From Raillietiella orientalis (Eukaryota), in NCBI GenBank assembly GCA_036172245.1, contig JAYWIR010000053.1, forward strand, positions 310,001 to 374,000: a stretch of DNA of 64,000 bases. Direction: 5' to 3'. This document shows positions 59,528-64,000 of the stretch, in pieces. The notes below the pieces were generated by a model. That model saw only the letters and a list, made by a program, of their open reading frames with translations, was not told the origin of the DNA and did not search any database. A program made the translations under genes and the position numbers. Numbering within the stretch: position 1 is the first letter of the stretch; each line of letters starts with the position of its first letter.

Positions 59528-61075
59528 GCAAGTTCCAAGAAGGCAAGTTCTACTTGCAGGAACGAGTCGCAATGTGTAACGGGTTTGCGGCCCCCCTCCT
59601 TCACTCCCTACTTTTTGACTGCCCCGCCCCTTATTTTATTCGGAAACGAGCAGCGGGCCTCCTGAGGACAGTTTTTTGGGGCAAAGGAAGGTCCCGTGTG
59701 AGGCTCAAAGACTTGTGCGCTCCACGTAAGGACGGTGGACTTGGCGTACTTACGCTGGAGCGCATGGAATTGCAACTTTGATTCAGGAATCTCGCCCTCG
59801 CGGCAGAACTGTGGGACACGCCCTGGTGCATCTCAGCACGCCTCCTGGCCCAACGAGCCTGCGATTCCGGCGGACTTTTGTCGTTTCTGTATGCGCGCTT
59901 CGGTAGAAGAGCACATTGTGGCTCTCACCTGCTACGCATGGCCGTTGCAGTTCGGGAAAACGTCTGGATTTCCTGCCTCCCAGAAAACTACTCTACCTGG
60001 TTGCACGAGTCAGTGTCCATCTGGAAGAAGATCCACGTTCCGGCGGGCACAAGGAAAAATTGCCTGAAAAGGCACGCACGCTGGACGCTGCAGGAGATCA
60101 TGCAGTCATACGACAAGCTTCTGTGGGCCTTGATAACCCCCCTCGCCCCAGTGCTACCCCTCCTTATGAATGCCAGAGACAGTAGCGAGCAGGGGAAATA
60201 CACCGTGTTTTGCACCATACCCGGCAGGACACAATCGATAAAGGCGTGGACATCTCGACAGTTAGCTGACGCTGCGACGCAGAGTGTCTCGCCCAACGGA
60301 CTTCGACGCTGGGGAGAGCTACTCGGACTATCTCCGTAGGAGATGAAGTGGCCCAAAGAGTCCTGGAACATTGCATCCCTCCCCCTGAAATGACAGGATG
60401 TGGCGTTGCTTGTGGTACTCTGGGGATTACCATGTAAAGCAAGCCTGCACCACACCACCCGGGGGGCTGTGGATTCTAATTGTGACCGGTGTGAGGAAAA
60501 AGAAACATTCCCCCACCTTCTTCTTGAGTGCAGAGCCCTCCGCCCTTTGTGGGATCGTCTCGCGGCGATCCTGGACTTGCGCGGATGCGGCTCAAAGGAC
60601 GTCTCAAGGCGCCTCTTCTGTAGTGACGCCTGGTCCCTGCCCGATAGGATAGCAGTCCTCTGCTGTATCAGAGGAATAGTGGCAGCTTGGAACGCCACCA
60701 GAAGAAGGTGTCTGCCAACCGGCAACGCCTGACACTGGACTCGCCTTTTCGCGCGCAGTGTCTGCAAGTGGCGCCACTTAGGCGCTGAAAGAATTCAGCT
60801 TGTTCGGATCCTGAATAGGATCTAGAGCACTTGTCAACGCGCACCGTGATCCCTACCCTGCCCTCCCACCCTTACAACATTTGTTCCCCCCCACAATTGA
60901 ACTTTGTGTTTCATTTTGTTTGTTACTTTCCATCCCCGCGCATCGAGAGGACCTCTCAGGCATGCAGTCGGTAACCAGCAAGCTGTTTTAAAGTGGTGAA
61001 CCTTGAGGTTTGCTACGCGAAATTTCCTGTATTTTTATTTCACTGAAATAAATGCCTCGGCACATCCGGAAGTGA
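59528..61075 (+). mobile_element. 3' fragment of family C LINE
   Basis: KFQEGKFYLQER to CDRCEEKETFPHLLLEC; AATAAA 61047-61052 and degenerate hairpin; paralog of 1-743. Confidence 0.86.
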
Positions 61076-63787
61076 ATCGCGACGGCGCGCGTCACCATGG
61101 ACGACCGAATGCTCATGCCTTCGCAGATCCTAGTTGGTGACGTCGTCGTCTATCTCCGGTTTTTTGGGCAATCCCCCGCTTGCGGGAAAAGCGGGAAAGA
61201 GTGCCACCGTCCGCGGAAGTGTCCAACACGCAGTTGCCGATACTGTAAGCTGCTCGGCCACTCGATTAACGAGTGCGCCTATCTAGAACGGAAGAGGAGG
61301 GCGAGAAACCCCCCCGTCACATCGCCGTCCGTGCCGAATCCATCCGCTTCGTCGTCGGGAAGAAATCCGGCGCGAACAAAGCTTCGCAGTTGAGAAGTGA
61401 TAAGTTTTCTCGCGCAAGCGATTCTCGGAGCAATGCTCCACAAATACCCGCGCGAAAGGACAAGAAGCTTTAGAATGCTGCTTTGGAAAATCCTCGAGCG
61501 ACCCAGCCCGACGATATCATCGGGCCGGCTGAAAAATCTCCGCTTCCGACCGCTCTCGCTCCGGATCCAAATAGCGGTAACACGCAAGGGAAAATCACCA
61601 AAGCTACAAAAAAAAAGTCGCGCGCCCCTTTGCTTGCGAAAGGCAAGGCGGCCACGGCGGGCCGAACGTCAGCAAAGGCTGAAAAGCCGCCTGCGAACTC
61701 CGAGAATACCACCACCCTACCCGCACCTTCCGGTAAGGAGGTGCAAAAGGCAGACGTGGCGAAGGAGACACTGGCCTCCATCGCCGTATCCGAGGCCTTG
61801 GAAAGAATGCAAAGGATTCCGGAAACCCTCTCGCTTAACCGACGTAAACCGGAAGGCGGCGAGGATGGCTGGACCTTTGTTGGGGGAAGGAAGAAGGAGC
61901 GCGAACCGCGCAATCCTTCCTACGGCGGTGGAGATCACGTCTTTCACGCCGAAGGCACGAGCAGCGAAGGCTGCAATAGCGCCTCGCGGGACGACGGCAA
62001 TGACCGCCGTTTCGCTTGCATCGGCTAAGGAGCAGGTGCAGTGCGTAACGGGAACGGAATCGTCTCCCGCCGCGAGCGCGAAAAGTGAGCCGGCATCTAT
62101 GGCCAAACAAATGAGGGGGGCGTCCGCCTCCTAGGACGGCGTCACCGACGCGGGATGGACTGGCGTCTCCAGGACGCCCAGAAAGGGGAAGAAGAAGGTT
62201 GACCCTTCAATATTCCCCATCCTTAAGGTGGGTGGGAGGCAAAAGAGAAGCATGCCGAAGAAGGTGCGTACCTAGGTACGCAATACGACTGCTTGCTGTG
62301 TCTCCGTCGCTTCGCGCGAGAAGGCGGCTGCGGAAGCCAAAGCTCAGGAAGCTGCGTTGGCGACAGCGACGACAACAGCGCGGGCAGGGCAAGCCTCCAC
62401 CTGCCGAAACAAAAAGAGACTGGCAAAACGCCAGTCTCGCGCCAGGCACTCGGACTCCGAGGTGGAGTCCGAGTGCAACCAAATAAAGCGCGCATCCTGG
62501 GGTGAGCCGGTAGCGTGCCGGGCTAAAGTGCTAAGGCACGAGCCTGTTCCCGGAGGCGGTTCCGGCTGCTGCACGGAGACCGAGGCGATGATCCTCGGCT
62601 CACAGGACTCAGCTGGGCGCGATGTGGCGGCGAACCTGAGCGATTCCGCTTCCCAATCCGCTCTCCCACCCCCAGACTTCTCGCCGAACGGGGCGAGGAG
62701 CACGCCGTCATGTCCGCAGCAGTGATGCGTGGACTCGCGTCCGCTCGTTGCGTCAGCGTAGCCTGTTGGAATGTCAACGGGCTAGTTGATGCTGACAAAA
62801 GGCGGAAGGTAGCCAACGCTTTGCGCGCGTTCAATCTGGTGCTGCTGCAGGAGATACATAGCATCTTCGAACGGCAGGCATCGCATCTGGAAGAGCGCGC
62901 GGGCGTCACGCTACACTGGCGGCAAGGCACAGCACACGTGCGGAGTCGCGTTTCTCGTCCTAGGCAGGGTGGCGGAGGCGGTGCGCAACGTTTGTTTCGT
63001 AGAGGAAGGTCGTGTGGGCCAACTTCTCCTCAAGTGGTCCGAATCGATCGACCTGGTCGTTACGAACATCAACGCGCCCAGTGGCGGCCGGCATTACGCG
63101 CAGCATCTTGCATTTCTGGGTGGCCTGCGCAGCCGCTGGCTCGCTGACTCCGGCCCTAACGTGGCGCACCTCCTTGCAGGACACTTCAACATCCACCTGC
63201 GAACAGAGGAGAGATGCCGCTTGAGGGAGAAGCAACTGGTGAGCGAGGTATGCGCGTCCGTGCGCGTACAAAACTTGCTTGCTGGTGAGCGCTGGATGGA
63301 GAGTTCGCCGGATTATGCGTTCCTCGATGAACACCTGCTCTCACGAGTAGGTCGGAAACGGCGCCTGCTGTCCGCGATTTCGCATCATCCGAGACTGGAG
63401 TTCAAGCTCCTGCCGCCTGGCAAAATTGCCTCCGATGAATGTTTGGAGGCTGCGGCCGACTGGCTTAGCAATTCGGAGGCGGCGGTGCATCTTCCCCAAC
63501 ACCTCCAGAGCTTCGCCATGCGTGTACTCGAGGACTGGGACGATCTCAAAAGATCGGTCCGCGATTTCTGTTGCCGGTTCCCCTTGCACCTGCTTCCCCA
63601 CGGCTTCGAAGAGGGTGTCGCGAACTGCAGATACTATCTGCAGGCGCGTACCTTCTCTTGATGCCCGGACGTCCGGCGTCCGGCGGAGTACAAGGCCAGA
63701 GATGAGCGCCAGGTTTGGCAGTCTGGAGCGGCTTGTCTGCTCCATGACGGTGGCCAGGAATGCTCGGCTGCAACCGAAGTTTGTCAT
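61076..63787 (+). mobile_element. D-like LINE fragment: ORF1 from the knuckles onward, EN and linker
   Basis: CRYCKLLGHSINEC; TGATG at 62723-62727; VACWNVNG, LQEIH; EN similar to D2. Confidence 0.83.
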
Positions 63788-64000
63788 TCAAATGTGCCGG
63801 GGCATTTATTTTTCTAATTTTTTACAAAAATTAGATAATAGAGTCTTTAGAAAGATGTTTTCTGTGAAGAAACACTGGGTTCTCCCACCTTGCTTGACGT
63901 GTCGGTTGCCGGTGCATAGACCGGTTAGGTCCATTCCCGAGGCGCAGGGGAAGGGAAAACTAAAACAAAAACAAACAAATAGAAAGATAACGGGGAGGGA
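63788..64000 (-). mobile_element. 3' UTR end of another LINE, running off the window
   Basis: Minus strand: C-rich, then T-rich tract, then AATAAATGCCCCGGCACAT, matching the terminal motif of other copies. Confidence 0.75.

Noticed and set aside
1..64000. Assignment to a named organism or named Repbase family; RIP-type hypermutation
   Set aside because: There are no host genes and I could not run a database search. Copies remain GC- and CpG-rich with long open frames, which is unlike RIP-mutated repeats.

Overview
The whole 64 kb is a gene-free, GC-rich eukaryotic block made only of non-LTR retrotransposons of the L1/Tx1 type. ORF1 carries CX2CX4HX4C zinc knuckles; ORF2 carries an APE endonuclease (WNVNG, QE, GDFN, SDH), a reverse transcriptase (KAFD, QGDSLSP, YADD, KYLG) and a C-terminal Cys/His zinc finger. 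I resolve about 27 segments from several related families; the letters A, B, C, D are my own working labels. The main result is that the nesting is not random. Families insert, almost always antisense, at fixed family-specific sites inside other family members: B into the RT DLxKAFD codons, D into the EN EQAxEI codons, and A into a hairpin in D ORF1 with a 16-bp target duplication; two further sites lie in the EN-RT linker. At each site the 5' and 3' junctions overlap by about 14-18 nt, the geometry expected from target-primed reverse transcription. Elements end in AATAAA plus a GC hairpin with no poly(A) tail, and non-A families couple ORF1 and ORF2 by TAATG/TGATG. Most copies are degenerate; one intact ORF2 (25297-28869, minus) and two intact ORF1s remain. 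The host organism cannot be identified from this window, and all comparisons were made by eye, so boundaries may be off by a few nt.
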